Source of the DNA: Spirochaetia bacterium | GTDB lineage: Bacteria; Spirochaetota; Spirochaetia; DSM-27196; PWMO01 | Reading direction: 5' to 3' | DNA: 55,924 nucleotides | NCBI GenBank assembly: GCA_041686235.1 | Contig: JAWLED010000004.1 | Coordinates: 8,514-64,437 of the forward strand | Part shown: positions 1 to 9,972 of the stretch, piece after piece | How the letters are laid out: every line of letters begins with the position of its first letter | Numbering within the stretch: position 1 is the first letter of the stretch | The notes under the pieces: model-generated | What the model saw: only the letters and a program-made list of their open reading frames with translations | The model's database searches: none | Told to the model about the DNA's origin: nothing | Position numbers and translations under genes: made by a program

Positions 1-522
1 GGGCGCTGCTTGTGAACCCGGCGCGTCCGCTGCCTCCGGTGTATCCGCTGTACCCGGCGCCCCCGGCGCCGCAGCTTCACCCGCGGCAGAGGCCGGCTCT
101 ACGACCTCCGGCGCGTCCGCTGCCTCCGGTGTATCCGCTGTACCCGGCGCCCCCGGCGCCGCAGCTTCACCCGCGGCAGAGGCCGGCTCGTCGACTTCCT
201 CCAGGTCGGAAGCTTCGTTGTCCGCGGTATCTTCGAGTCCGCCCTCGCTCTCGTCGTCTACTACGATATCCACATTTTGACCGTAGCCGGCTGCAGCCGA
301 GGCCTCCTCCGTTTGTGACGTCGACGGCTGTGAGAGAAGCTCCGGGAGCCGCGTCGAGATGAGAATATATGCACCGTAGCCCAGGGCGCCGAACACCAAC
401 GCTCCCACGACGGCTCGGAGCAGGAGAGTCCCAAACCCCACTCCCGCGATAGCTCCTGTCACACTTGCGACAGCAAAGGCCGAGCCGGCAAACACAGCGC
501 TAAATTTCAGGTTCGGCCCCAT
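1..522 (-). CDS. FlgV-like membrane protein, 3' end beyond the window
   Basis: Not in the ORF track because it has no stop in the window. GGGGAG SD then ATG at 522. Reads MGPNLKFSAVFAGSAFAVASVTGAIAGVGFGTLLLRAVVGALVFGALGYGAYILIS (two TM segments) followed by an acidic tail. It lies directly after flhF-flhG, where spirochete flgV sits. Confidence 0.7.
   Translation of the reverse strand, partial: MGPNLKFSAVFAGSAFAVASVTGAIAGVGFGTLLLRAVVGALVFGALGYGAYILISTRLPELLSQPSTSQTEEASAAAGYGQNVDIVVDDESEGGLEDTADNEASDLEEVDEPASAAGEAAAPGAPGTADTPEAADAPEVVEPASAAGEAAAPGAPGTADTPEAADAPGSQAAP
18..189. repeat. Tandem duplication, period 90 bp (18-99 identical to 108-189)
   Basis: Read directly from the sequence. In frame in the FlgV-like gene, giving EPASAAGEAAAPGAPGTADTPEAADAP twice. 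Confidence 0.95.
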
Positions 523-544
523 GGCGTAACTCCCCTATGCTGAA

Positions 545-573
545 ACACTAAGCAAAAGAAAAGGTCCCGTCAA
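545..573 (-). promoter_or_regulatory. Putative sigma70 promoter for the FlgV-like gene
   Basis: TTGACG-17 nt-TAGTGT in an AT-rich intergenic region. Confidence 0.55.
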
Positions 574-597
574 GGCTCATCCAATTTCTCAAAAAAC

Positions 598-1479
598 CTA
601 CACCTTTTCGATCTTGTCTTCAGTACGGCCAAACAATTTCTTGATGAAATGACCGAGCCCTTTGCCTTCGCGAAATTCCACGTTTTCGAGCCTTCCGACG
701 ATGTGCTGAACACAGGCCGAGGCCTTTCCGTTCGGATCGGCGCTCAAGAACGGTTTCTGCTTCAGCACCGCTTGATGAACACTCGGGTCATCGTATACGT
801 ACCCGAGGTAATCCACTTTGAGATTCAAAAACTGCCCCGCGATATTAACCACCCGTTCGGCGACCTTTTTTCCTTCGGTGACCGATTTCACCCGATTCAC
901 GATAAGCTTCAAGCCGAGACTGAGGTTATCGATTTCGGTGGCAATGATTTTGATGATGCCGTACGCGTCGGTGATAGCGGTAGGTTCCGGGGTCGTCACA
1001 ATTATCGCTTCATCGGCGGCGGCTACAAAGGACAGCACGTTATTCGAAACGCCGGCGCTCGTGTCTATGATAACGACATCGGCGTTATCGAGATGCGAAA
1101 GTTCCTCGATAAAGTTGTTGCGCTCCTCTTCGCCAAGATTGGCAATCTTGGCAAAGCCGGAAGCACCGGCCACGATGCGGATCCCGTAATTTGTATCCAT
1201 GATGATCTCGTCCATGGACTTCTGTTTGCGGATGACATGATAGAGATTGTATTTCGGAATAATCCCTAACACCACATTCACGTTAGCAAGTCCGAGATCC
1301 GCGTCCATGAGCACGACCTTCTTTCCCAGTCGCGCAAAGCCGATTGCCATATTGGTCGCGATATTGGTTTTTCCAACACCGCCTTTACCGCTTGCTACCG
1401 CAATGATCCGGGTATTGGACTCCCCCTGACCATTTCGGTTCTTCATCATCTCGCGCAATGCTTCTGCCTGGTCAGCCAT
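598..1479 (-). CDS. flhG: MinD-like flagellar ATPase FlhG/FleN
   Basis: N-terminal DQA motif, deviant Walker A SGKGGVGKT, DADLGLANV, TTPEPTAITDAY; follows flhF. Confidence 0.95.
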   Translation of the reverse strand: MADQAEALREMMKNRNGQGESNTRIIAVASGKGGVGKTNIATNMAIGFARLGKKVVLMDADLGLANVNVVLGIIPKYNLYHVIRKQKSMDEIIMDTNYGIRIVAGASGFAKIANLGEEERNNFIEELSHLDNADVVIIDTSAGVSNNVLSFVAAADEAIIVTTPEPTAITDAYGIIKIIATEIDNLSLGLKLIVNRVKSVTEGKKVAERVVNIAGQFLNLKVDYLGYVYDDPSVHQAVLKQKPFLSADPNGKASACVQHIVGRLENVEFREGKGLGHFIKKLFGRTEDKIEKV

Positions 1480-2679
1480 TCATTTCTCCGTACGTTGGAC
1501 TTCTCCAAATTTATCTTCGATCATTTGTCGGTCGACCTGAAAGCCTTCGAGCGTAAGAAGCAATTGTTCCACCGTAGCCGGCCGAATATCTTCGGGTACG
1601 TTCTGCCCGTCGGTGAGGTAAGATATCGGTTTCTGCTTTTCATGGAGCACACTGATCACGTTCCCAAGCCTATTGGTTTCGTCGACTTTCGTCACGATAA
1701 CCGAGGTGTAACCGAAGGGCTCGAACTGTCGCAAGATCTCTTTTAAGTCGGCGGTCTTCGTGGTCGCGCTCACCGCAAGGTGGATATGATCATTCCCGTC
1801 TGCCGCGCGCAGCAGCTCGTTCATCTCCGCAAGCCGAGTAAACTCTCTCGGGCTCTTGCCGATCGTATCGACAAACACTAGATCGGCCTCCTGCGAAAGT
1901 GCCAGCTGCTTTTTCATTTCCTTATACGAATCCACCGCTGCAACGGGAATTTCCATGATATTGCCGTACGTCTCGATCTGTTCCTTGGCTCCGATTCGAT
2001 AGTTATCGATCGTAAGTATGCGCACTTTTCGGGGTTGAGAACCATTGAAGGCGTGCGCCGCCGAGAGTTTTGCAATCGTCGTCGTTTTGCCCACACCGGT
2101 CGGGCCGACAAGCACACACAGTTGGGGCCGCTCCCGCCGGCTAAGACGATGGATCCCGATGGTCTCACCAATCCACTCAAGAGCCCGATTTTCCACGAGC
2201 TGTTCGTCGTCCAACTCGTCCACCGAAAACGTCGAGCGGGCTCGCGCCATGATCTTCTCGATGTATTCGGAGGTGAAATCGTTGAGCGCCAGTTTTTCTT
2301 TTAGTGCGCGTAACGAGGGATGCATCGAGGCGTCATCCGAAACGGCCGTCGAGGCGGAGTTGTGCTCCTGTTCTCCCATGCGCTCCTTTATTTCCTTTAG
2401 CTCTTGGAGAACAAGGTCGATACTCTGCTCATTCTTTACGGTACCGAGAATCTTCTTTTTCTCTTCCTCGAAGTCCGTCGACTTCTTCGCCGGCTCCGGC
2501 CGTGCGGCGGTCGATGAGATATAGCCGGTCACCTCTACTCCCTCTTTCGCAAAGAGGCCGAGAAAGCCACCCATGCGAATGCTCTTGTGGTGCATGATTC
2601 GCGCCTTTTCGCCGTATTTTTCACGCACCTTTCGCTCCGCATCAACATGCGACGGGGCTTGTTCTACGAAGTACTCCAT
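1480..2679 (-). CDS. flhF: SRP-family GTPase FlhF
   Basis: [38 protein letters not shown]. Confidence 0.96.
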   Translation of the reverse strand: MEYFVEQAPSHVDAERKVREKYGEKARIMHHKSIRMGGFLGLFAKEGVEVTGYISSTAARPEPAKKSTDFEEEKKKILGTVKNEQSIDLVLQELKEIKERMGEQEHNSASTAVSDDASMHPSLRALKEKLALNDFTSEYIEKIMARARSTFSVDELDDEQLVENRALEWIGETIGIHRLSRRERPQLCVLVGPTGVGKTTTIAKLSAAHAFNGSQPRKVRILTIDNYRIGAKEQIETYGNIMEIPVAAVDSYKEMKKQLALSQEADLVFVDTIGKSPREFTRLAEMNELLRAADGNDHIHLAVSATTKTADLKEILRQFEPFGYTSVIVTKVDETNRLGNVISVLHEKQKPISYLTDGQNVPEDIRPATVEQLLLTLEGFQVDRQMIEDKFGEVQRTEK

Positions 2680-2689
2680 TCCGACAACC

Positions 2690-4780
2690 TCACTCTTCTA
2701 TACTGATCTCGCCGATCGATTCCACTTTGACTTCGGGTACAATCTCGGGTGCCGAAAGCACGACGAGATCCGGTGCGTCGCGCTCCGCGCTTGCCTTCAC
2801 CAGCGCCCGTGCAGCCTCGGAGCACAAGATGATGGGAAAGACTCCCTGCTCCCTCGACTGCTGTACTGCGTTCAACAGGGCGTTAATCCATTTGCGCTGT
2901 ACATCCGGCTGAAGCGCCGGGACGACGCCCCCGGTTGTCTCAACGCGCGAATCTATGATCCGTTGCTCGAGCGACGGCTCGAGTGTCATAACTTTAATGG
3001 ACTTGTCTTCGTCGGCGTACTGCAGCGAAATCTGGCGCTTCAGCGCTTGCCGAACCTTCTCGACGAGGAAACTGCTGTCTTTGGTGATATTACCATAGTC
3101 GGCGAGCGTTTCCAATATGACGACGAGATTGCGAATCGATACTTGCTCTCTCAACAAGCCCTGCAGTACCTTCTGGATTTCGCCCAGCGACAGCGCGCTT
3201 TGCACGTCTTCGACGACCGCCGGATAGTCGCGCTTGAGCGTATCCAGCATGGACTTGACCTCTTGCCGTCCCAGAATATCCGCGGCGTTACGCTTTAGGA
3301 GCTCGGTCAGATGGGTTGCAATGATAGACGGTGAGTCGACGACCGTGTACCCCGCCCGCTCGGCTTGGTCACGGTATTCCTCGGTTATCCAGCGCGCGGG
3401 GAGGCCAAAGGCCGGGTCGGTAGTTTGCTCGCCGGGGATTTCTTCGCGCTCGCCGCCCGGATTTATACAGAGGTAGTATCCCATCTTGATTTTTGCCCTG
3501 CCGACCTCGACGCCGCGGATCTTGAAGGTGTACTCCGAGGGCTCGAGGCGCATGTTGTCGATGATGCGGATTCTCGGGACCACGAGGCCGAGCTCGAGCG
3601 CCGCCTCGCGGCGAATCCTCGTAATGCGATCGAGAAGCTCCGCCCCTTTATCCTTGTCGACGAGGGGCACCAACCCGTAGCCTAACTCCAAAGACAGCGG
3701 ATCGAGCGGCGCGACCGGTGACATCTCTTGCGGAGCCTCTTCCGGACCGGCGGCGGCAGCCGCGGTTTCGGCGCTCTCTTGCTCCTCGGCGATCTGACGC
3801 CGCCCGAGCCGCCACGCGAGAAGCCCCGAAAGACCGGCCAGCGGCACGAGCACATACCATGGGAATCCCGGTAGAATTGCCAACGCCAGCAGGAAGAAGG
3901 TTGCAATCCAATAGATGCGGGCCTGTCCCGTAAACTGCTCGGTAATGTCGTGGCCGAAGGTTTCCTCGGAGATGGAGCGCGTAACGATGAGACCGGTCGC
4001 CGTAGATATGATGAGCGCCGGAAACTGGGTAACCAAACCGTCTCCGATCGCAAGCGAAATATAGGTATTGAGGGCAACGCTGAAGCTCTCGCCGTGAATA
4101 GTCATACCAACGACGATGCCCCCCACGATATTGATCGCCGTGATAAGCAACCCGACACGCACGTTTCCCTGAACGAACTTCGAAGCACCGTCCATGGCCC
4201 CGTAGAAGTCGACCTCACGTTCGAGGTCCATCTTCCGTTTCGTTGCCTCTTCCTCGGTGATGGCCCCCGAACTGTACTCCTGTTCGATGGCCATCTGCTT
4301 ACCGGGCAGTGAATCGAGGGTGAACCGCGCGGCTACCTCGGCCACCCGGGTCGCGCCCTTCGTAATGACGATGAACTGAACCGCGATAATGATGATGAAT
4401 ATGATGAGGCCGATGACGAGCCCCTCTGTTCCCGAGGCGCCGACAACAAAGTTTGAAAAGGCCTTTACGATTTGCCCATCGAACTCCGCGCCCTGCGAGA
4501 GAATGAGGCGGGTCGAGGAGACGTTCAAGGCAAGACCGTACACCGTGACCACGAGGAGCAGCGTCGGAAAAACGGAGAACTCGAGAGCGTTTTTGATGTA
4601 CAACGTGATGAGAATCGTCAGCAGCGCAAAAACGAGGTTGATCGACATCATCGTGTCGAGCAGCACCGTGGGAAGCGGCACGATGAGCATCATCACCACG
4701 ACTATCACGCCGACCGCTACGAGAACCTCGCTGCGCTGTTTGAGAAACGCATTCGAAAATAACGTCTGTGCGTCAGCCAT
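2690..4780 (-). CDS. flhA: Flagellar export gate FlhA
   Basis: RVAEVAARFTLDSLPGKQMAI and FYGAMDGASKFV motifs. Confidence 0.98.
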   Translation of the reverse strand: MADAQTLFSNAFLKQRSEVLVAVGVIVVVMMLIVPLPTVLLDTMMSINLVFALLTILITLYIKNALEFSVFPTLLLVVTVYGLALNVSSTRLILSQGAEFDGQIVKAFSNFVVGASGTEGLVIGLIIFIIIIAVQFIVITKGATRVAEVAARFTLDSLPGKQMAIEQEYSSGAITEEEATKRKMDLEREVDFYGAMDGASKFVQGNVRVGLLITAINIVGGIVVGMTIHGESFSVALNTYISLAIGDGLVTQFPALIISTATGLIVTRSISEETFGHDITEQFTGQARIYWIATFFLLALAILPGFPWYVLVPLAGLSGLLAWRLGRRQIAEEQESAETAAAAAGPEEAPQEMSPVAPLDPLSLELGYGLVPLVDKDKGAELLDRITRIRREAALELGLVVPRIRIIDNMRLEPSEYTFKIRGVEVGRAKIKMGYYLCINPGGEREEIPGEQTTDPAFGLPARWITEEYRDQAERAGYTVVDSPSIIATHLTELLKRNAADILGRQEVKSMLDTLKRDYPAVVEDVQSALSLGEIQKVLQGLLREQVSIRNLVVILETLADYGNITKDSSFLVEKVRQALKRQISLQYADEDKSIKVMTLEPSLEQRIIDSRVETTGGVVPALQPDVQRKWINALLNAVQQSREQGVFPIILCSEAARALVKASAERDAPDLVVLSAPEIVPEVKVESIGEISIEE

Positions 4781-4792
4781 TCAAAAGCTCCA

Positions 4793-6037
4793 TTATCCGA
4801 CCACCCCGGCTTTCTTTCCCGACATACGGTAAACCTCTTTCAACACCGCCACCACCGCCTCGTAGAACTTCTCGGGGATGATGTCACCGATTTCCACCTC
4901 GGAGTACAGTGCGCGCGCCAGCGGCTTGTTCTCGATAATGGGCACCTCGTACTCTTCAGCCCGCTCACGGATGATCCGTGCCATATTGTCCTGCCCTTTG
5001 GCCGTGACCGTGGGAGCCACCATCGTTTCCCGGTTGTATTCGAGCGCAATCGCGAAATGGGTCGGGTTCGTGACTACGACGTCGGCTTGCGGCACGTTTT
5101 CCAACTGATTGCGCGACATCATTTCCTGCATTTGGTTTCTCAATCGGCTCTTGACCATGGGGTCACCTTCATAGGTCTTGCGCTCCTCTTTGACCTCTTG
5201 TTTGGTCATCTTCAACGACTCGGTATGCTGTCGTTTCTGAAACATGAAATCGAAAATCGACAGAAGCAGCATGACGATTGCCGCCTGCATGAGAATGCGG
5301 AACGCAATGCCGGCCACCGCCCCAAATGCCTGCATGAACGGTACATGCACGAGATTTATCAGGCGCTCCGCCTCGAGCCAAATATTGAGAAAGGAAATGC
5401 TTCCCAGCAGGATCACCTTCCCCATCGACTTGAACCAATTATACAGTGCTTCTACCGAGGTAAAGGTCTTTTCGATGAACTTGTCGAATCTTGGGACGAT
5501 CTTGTTGAAATCCGGGGCGATGGGCTTGAGCGAAAACAGCGTACCGACCTGTATGACGTTTCCCATTACCGCCGACACAAAGGCTACAGCGGCGACCGGC
5601 AGCGTAAGCCGGATGAAGAACGAGTAGAACGCGGGCATGACCGCATTTGCCTTGGTCACGTCCATTTCCGCGGCCCGGCTATAAAAATACCTGATCATCG
5701 ACACCATGGTGTTGAGCAGATATCCGGAGAAGATCGCGAGCGTAAGCACCGTGAATAGGAGTATGATTGCCCCGGTCACGTCTTGCGATTTCGCAACTTT
5801 TCCCTCTTGGCGGGATTTCTGGATCTTGTGCTCGGTCGGCTCCTCGGTGCGGCCCTCCTCTTCCGGTGAGGCAAACCACTGCAGGTGCATGGCCTCTAAG
5901 GCGGCAGAGAAGGAGTGCGCCGGATCCCCAAAACGGCGCTCTTCACCGCCGACGAGCTCACCCGCCGAGCCGAGATTAGCCGGAACGCCCATACCTGAGG
6001 CGGAACCAACGCGGATCACGGGTCCGATACCGCTCAT
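4793..6037 (-). CDS. flhB: Flagellar export switch FlhB
   Basis: LQWFA...EGRTEEPT, KEERKTYEGDP and the NPTH autocleavage site. The exact start is uncertain. Confidence 0.96.
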   Translation of the reverse strand: MSGIGPVIRVGSASGMGVPANLGSAGELVGGEERRFGDPAHSFSAALEAMHLQWFASPEEEGRTEEPTEHKIQKSRQEGKVAKSQDVTGAIILLFTVLTLAIFSGYLLNTMVSMIRYFYSRAAEMDVTKANAVMPAFYSFFIRLTLPVAAVAFVSAVMGNVIQVGTLFSLKPIAPDFNKIVPRFDKFIEKTFTSVEALYNWFKSMGKVILLGSISFLNIWLEAERLINLVHVPFMQAFGAVAGIAFRILMQAAIVMLLLSIFDFMFQKRQHTESLKMTKQEVKEERKTYEGDPMVKSRLRNQMQEMMSRNQLENVPQADVVVTNPTHFAIALEYNRETMVAPTVTAKGQDNMARIIRERAEEYEVPIIENKPLARALYSEVEIGDIIPEKFYEAVVAVLKEVYRMSGKKAGVVG

Positions 6038-6849
6038 GGCGCCACCTCCCCGGCCGCTTCGGAAGCTGCTTCGCCCCCGGCGTTGAGCATTGCGGCAATC
6101 AATTCAAATCCGGTCTCGATCAACCCTTCTATGGCCTCCGCAATAAACGGCATCCCGACCATGATGATTACAAAAGACGTGCCGATCGAAATGGGGAATC
6201 CGAGGACCAACAAGTTCATCTGAGGTGCGGCCTTTGCGAGAATTCCCATCGTGACATAGACGAGTATGAGAGTGCCGAGGATAGGAAAGGCGATAATGAG
6301 CGCCTCTTGGAAAAGCCCGGAGAGCCGTCGCATTACCTGCACGGCGATGTCCTCTCGGATAAGCACCAGGTCTATGGCGCGCATTTGCTCGAAGGAACGC
6401 TGCACGCCGATGAGAAACAGTTTCTGGAAGCCGCTGATGTTCACGAAGATGAGCATGGCCACCAAGTTCAGATACTGCCCCATTAACGGGATCTGTATTT
6501 GTGAGAGCGGATCGAAGACTTGAGAGGCGCCGAATCCCATTTGCAGTGAAAACATCTGTCCTGCGAGCTGGAACGTAGCGAACACCAGAACCAAGAAAAA
6601 GCCGGTGATGACCCCGATGAGGATCTCCCCGATCAGCAACATCACGTAGGCGAGGCCGGTGTCGGGCATCGGGTAGCCGGCATCTACCATCTGAGGGAAT
6701 ACGAGCGCGGCTACCATGAGCGAGAGGCCGACGCGTGCGATCGACGGTATAGATCGCGACGAGATCAACGGCGCAACTTGCGCAAACGCAAACACCCGAG
6801 CAAACAAGAGGAGAAAGAGCTGGCTGCTCGCGGCAATTGCGTCGACCAT
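6034..6849 (-). CDS. fliR: Flagellar export protein FliR
   Basis: Hydrophobic protein with QMGFGASQVFDP and KAAPQMNL; lies between fliQ and flhB. Confidence 0.95.
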   Translation of the reverse strand: MVDAIAASSQLFLLLFARVFAFAQVAPLISSRSIPSIARVGLSLMVAALVFPQMVDAGYPMPDTGLAYVMLLIGEILIGVITGFFLVLVFATFQLAGQMFSLQMGFGASQVFDPLSQIQIPLMGQYLNLVAMLIFVNISGFQKLFLIGVQRSFEQMRAIDLVLIREDIAVQVMRRLSGLFQEALIIAFPILGTLILVYVTMGILAKAAPQMNLLVLGFPISIGTSFVIIMVGMPFIAEAIEGLIETGFELIAAMLNAGGEAASEAAGEVAP

Positions 6850-6859
6850 GACCTATCCT

Positions 6860-7129
6860 TTAACCGGCCATATTCGGAATCTGGTCAAACAGCCCTTGCG
6901 TGAATCGCACCAACGTTTGGACCATCCACGGTCCAAACAAAACGACCGACAGTAAGATGGCGGCGATTTTGGGGATGAACGACAGAGTTTGGTCCTGTAT
7001 CGAGGTCGTTGCCTGGAAGATCGCGACGATCAACCCCACCCCCATACCGATACCCAAAATCGGCGCGGCCATGAGAAGGACCTGAAGAATGCCCGATCGG
7101 AGAATATACACCGCATATGCTGTGTCCAT
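6860..7129 (-). CDS. fliQ: Flagellar export protein FliQ
   Basis: FQATTSIQDQTLSFIPK. Start moved to the ATG at 7129, which forms a TGATG overlap with fliP. Confidence 0.95.
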   Translation of the reverse strand: MDTAYAVYILRSGILQVLLMAAPILGIGMGVGLIVAIFQATTSIQDQTLSFIPKIAAILLSVVLFGPWMVQTLVRFTQGLFDQIPNMAG

Positions 7130-7917
7130 CAGAAACCTCCAAAGCTTGCGACAAGCTGTTGTGTTATCAAGTTCCACCCGTCAATGAGCACGAACAGTAT
7201 TAGCTTGAACGGTAACGAAATCATTACCGGAGGGAGCATGATCATACCCATGGACATCAGCGTCGAGGCGACCACCATGTCGATGATGATGAAGGGTATG
7301 AACAACAAGATCCCGATTTTGAACGCGACGGTTAGCTCGTGGAGCACGAACGCGGGAAGCAACACGCGCGTCGGTACGTCGGCAAGATTATCCGGTCGCT
7401 CGAGCCCTCCCATGCGCATGAATAGCCGCACGCTTTGCGGATCCTCCTGCATCTGTCGATACATGAATACCCGCAACGGGCCGATCGACTCTTCGTACGC
7501 CTCTTCGACGCCGATCTCGCCGTCGCGAAACGGCTCAAAGGCGTTTTCGTACATCTGATTAAGAGTCGGCCACATGATGAACACCGTCATAAAGAGGGCG
7601 ACGCCCATAAGCACTTGGGTCGGCGGCACCTGTTGGAGTGACAAGGCGCGTTTTACGAAGTCGAATACGATTGCGATCCTCAGAAACGAGGTCGTCAGGA
7701 TGATTATGGACGGAGCCAGACTCAGCACAGCAAGGATGAGCAGCAGCTGTACCGATAGCGCTACTTCCTCGTTGTTCTGCGGCTCACGCACGCTGAGATC
7801 TACAAAAGGTACCGTCAGAGACTCTTCGCCCTCGGCTTCCTGCGCCCCGACGGTGGGCACCACGGCCGTTGCAGCAACCACCACGATGAGCGCTACAACG
7901 AGTTTGCGTCGTTTCAT
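7129..7917 (-). CDS. fliP: Flagellar export protein FliP
   Basis: Signal peptide, TSFLRI, QQVPP, GMIMLPPVMISLPFKLILFVLIDGW. Confidence 0.97.
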   Translation of the reverse strand: MKRRKLVVALIVVVAATAVVPTVGAQEAEGEESLTVPFVDLSVREPQNNEEVALSVQLLLILAVLSLAPSIIILTTSFLRIAIVFDFVKRALSLQQVPPTQVLMGVALFMTVFIMWPTLNQMYENAFEPFRDGEIGVEEAYEESIGPLRVFMYRQMQEDPQSVRLFMRMGGLERPDNLADVPTRVLLPAFVLHELTVAFKIGILLFIPFIIIDMVVASTLMSMGMIMLPPVMISLPFKLILFVLIDGWNLITQQLVASFGGF

Positions 7918-7969
7918 TATCCCCCCAGTTTCAATACCAGCGCTCCGCGCGGGCGAAGCGCCGTGCGGT

Positions 7970-8755
7970 CTACCTCAATTTGCGCAAACGCTCCTTCTGC
8001 GATTCAAAAAACGGAGACCGGCTCTCGCCCCCGCCGTTAGACCCTCTCACGGGACTCCCGTTGCCGTTGCCGTTGGAGTCGGGCGAGCGCGACGTGCCGC
8101 CGGCGCCGGCGGCTTCTCCGGTGCCGCCGGACGTGCCTCCGGAAGCACCCGCGCCTCCCGAATGGAAGAATCCCGACAGCATGTCGGCAAAGCTTCCGCG
8201 GTTCTCCGACGCGGTGGTGGATGCGTTGAGTCTGAGCTCGTCGAGGCTTTCCTGATCGGAAATTTCGGAAATGAGAACCGGGCTGTCGTCGCCCACCCCG
8301 ATGAGGAATACCTGACGGCCGACCTCGACGAGATGGAGCGCCTTATTGCCGGGCAACGCGTGGCTACCGAGCACACGAATGACCGGGCTGTTCTCGAGCC
8401 GCCCCCCCGAGGCGCGTTTGAGCAGATAGAAAACGACGTAGATGGCGCCGATGACGATGCCGAGAACGACGATCATGCGAACAAAGTCCCAGACTCCGAA
8501 CGAATTGATCGAAGTGGGCTGCTCCTCGCCTTGCTCGTCTTCGCCGGTATCCTCGCCGAAGCTCAGCGAGCTTTCGTCTACGCTCTCGCGCGCGCCCTCG
8601 TTTCCCTCTACGCTCTCCTCGGAGGCGGACACTTCCCCGTCTTCCTCCGAAGAAGACCCATTCGAGCTGGGCTCCGTCTCCGATTCCGCGGATTGCGCAA
8701 AGCCGACGCCCGATAGACATACTATGAGTGTGAAAATGATGGCTGTGTGTCTGAT
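7970..8755 (-). CDS. fliO: Flagellar biogenesis protein FliO (spirochete FliZ), probable ATC start
   Basis: TM segment plus LGSHALPGNKALHLVEVGRQVFLIGVG FliO core; lies between fliY and fliP. The frame stays open 41 codons upstream of the track's GTG, to an ATC preceded by GGGAGGGG. Confidence 0.85.
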   Translation of the reverse strand: MRHTAIIFTLIVCLSGVGFAQSAESETEPSSNGSSSEEDGEVSASEESVEGNEGARESVDESSLSFGEDTGEDEQGEEQPTSINSFGVWDFVRMIVVLGIVIGAIYVVFYLLKRASGGRLENSPVIRVLGSHALPGNKALHLVEVGRQVFLIGVGDDSPVLISEISDQESLDELRLNASTTASENRGSFADMLSGFFHSGGAGASGGTSGGTGEAAGAGGTSRSPDSNGNGNGSPVRGSNGGGESRSPFFESQKERLRKLR

Positions 8756-8842
8756 CGTTCCCCTCCCAAGGCCGCGGCCCTACCTGCCGCTTTTTTATTC
8801 TGTCTCGCCATGGCCGCGCGATGCGGCCGATAGTTCACCTAG

Positions 8843-9970
8843 CTACGTCATGTTGCTCACGCGCTCCATCGGCGAAACGATTTCGGTGACACGAACACCG
8901 AAGTTCTCGTCGATTACAACGACCTCACCCTTTGCAATGAGCTTGTGATTGACCAGGATATCCACCGGCTCACCGGCGAGCTTGTCGAGCTCGATGATGG
9001 TCCCTTCGCCCATACCAAGAATCTCTTTGATGAGCTTTCTCGTACGGCCGAGCTCGACGGTCATCTCCATGTACACGTCCATGAGCAGACTTATATTGCC
9101 CTGCTCACCTTGAACGCTTTGCGACTGAAAATTCGGAAACTGAACCGACTGGACGCTCGGACCCTGTTGGCCTCCCATTCCGGTCATCTGCTGTCCGCCC
9201 CCCTGCTGTGCCATGCCTTGTTGCTGCGCTTGACCGGCCATGCCGCCAAAACCTCCCTGCATGCCGGCAGGTTGCTGTTGCTGCTGCCCCTGAGGCGCTT
9301 GCTGGGCCGGTTGAGCCTGCTGCGCGGTACCGGCAACCGCCTGGACGACCTCCGACGAGTAGATCTCGACGATATCGCCTACCTTCGATCCGTCGATATT
9401 CAACGCATAGGTCATCTTTACGAAATTGCCGCCTGGGGCTTGAACCTGGTCACTCGAAATCCGTCTGCCACTCGGCGGGCCCGTAAGAACGGTGGTGCCG
9501 ACTTTCTCACCGAGCGCGGTAATGATCGGCCCCGATACCTGAGAAAACGCTTCTTGCAGGGCGTTCACCGCTGCATCGTCGAGCTCAACGCCCTCTTGGC
9601 CCATCATCGGCCCGGCTATGGCGAGAGCGACCTCTTCGGGCAGGACGTACAAATGCCCGCCGATTACCCCGTCGGTTAGTCCGAGCTCGATCTCTACGAC
9701 CTGTTCCGGTAACGAGGAACCAAGAGAACTTGCGTCGCTCAGTTCCGCTTTCGGACTCTCGAGCAAAACCTGTTGGTTCAGCAACATCGAGAGGTTCGAT
9801 TTCTGCGACTCGAGGGTTGCTCCAACTACTTGCCGAAAACGTTCGACGTCGTCTTCAGAGATGGAAGCCCCACCGCCCGGTGCAGCTCCACCACCACCGC
9901 CGAAGTCCATATCGCCGCTTCCCTGCAGCAGAGCATCAATTTCGTCTTGAGAAAGAGATCCATCACTCAT
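8843..9970 (-). CDS. fliY: Motor switch protein FliY/FliN
   Basis: N-terminal LSQDEIDALL, a CheC-like middle domain and a C-terminal SpoA domain (IAKGEVVVIDENFGVRV). Confidence 0.92.
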   Translation of the reverse strand: MSDGSLSQDEIDALLQGSGDMDFGGGGGAAPGGGASISEDDVERFRQVVGATLESQKSNLSMLLNQQVLLESPKAELSDASSLGSSLPEQVVEIELGLTDGVIGGHLYVLPEEVALAIAGPMMGQEGVELDDAAVNALQEAFSQVSGPIITALGEKVGTTVLTGPPSGRRISSDQVQAPGGNFVKMTYALNIDGSKVGDIVEIYSSEVVQAVAGTAQQAQPAQQAPQGQQQQQPAGMQGGFGGMAGQAQQQGMAQQGGGQQMTGMGGQQGPSVQSVQFPNFQSQSVQGEQGNISLLMDVYMEMTVELGRTRKLIKEILGMGEGTIIELDKLAGEPVDILVNHKLIAKGEVVVIDENFGVRVTEIVSPMERVSNMT

Positions 9971-9972
9971 TC

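Noticed and set aside
12-362. Plus-strand Pro/Arg-rich 116-aa ORF
   Set aside because: It is the antisense shadow of the repeat-containing FlgV-like gene, which has an SD, TM segments and the expected context.
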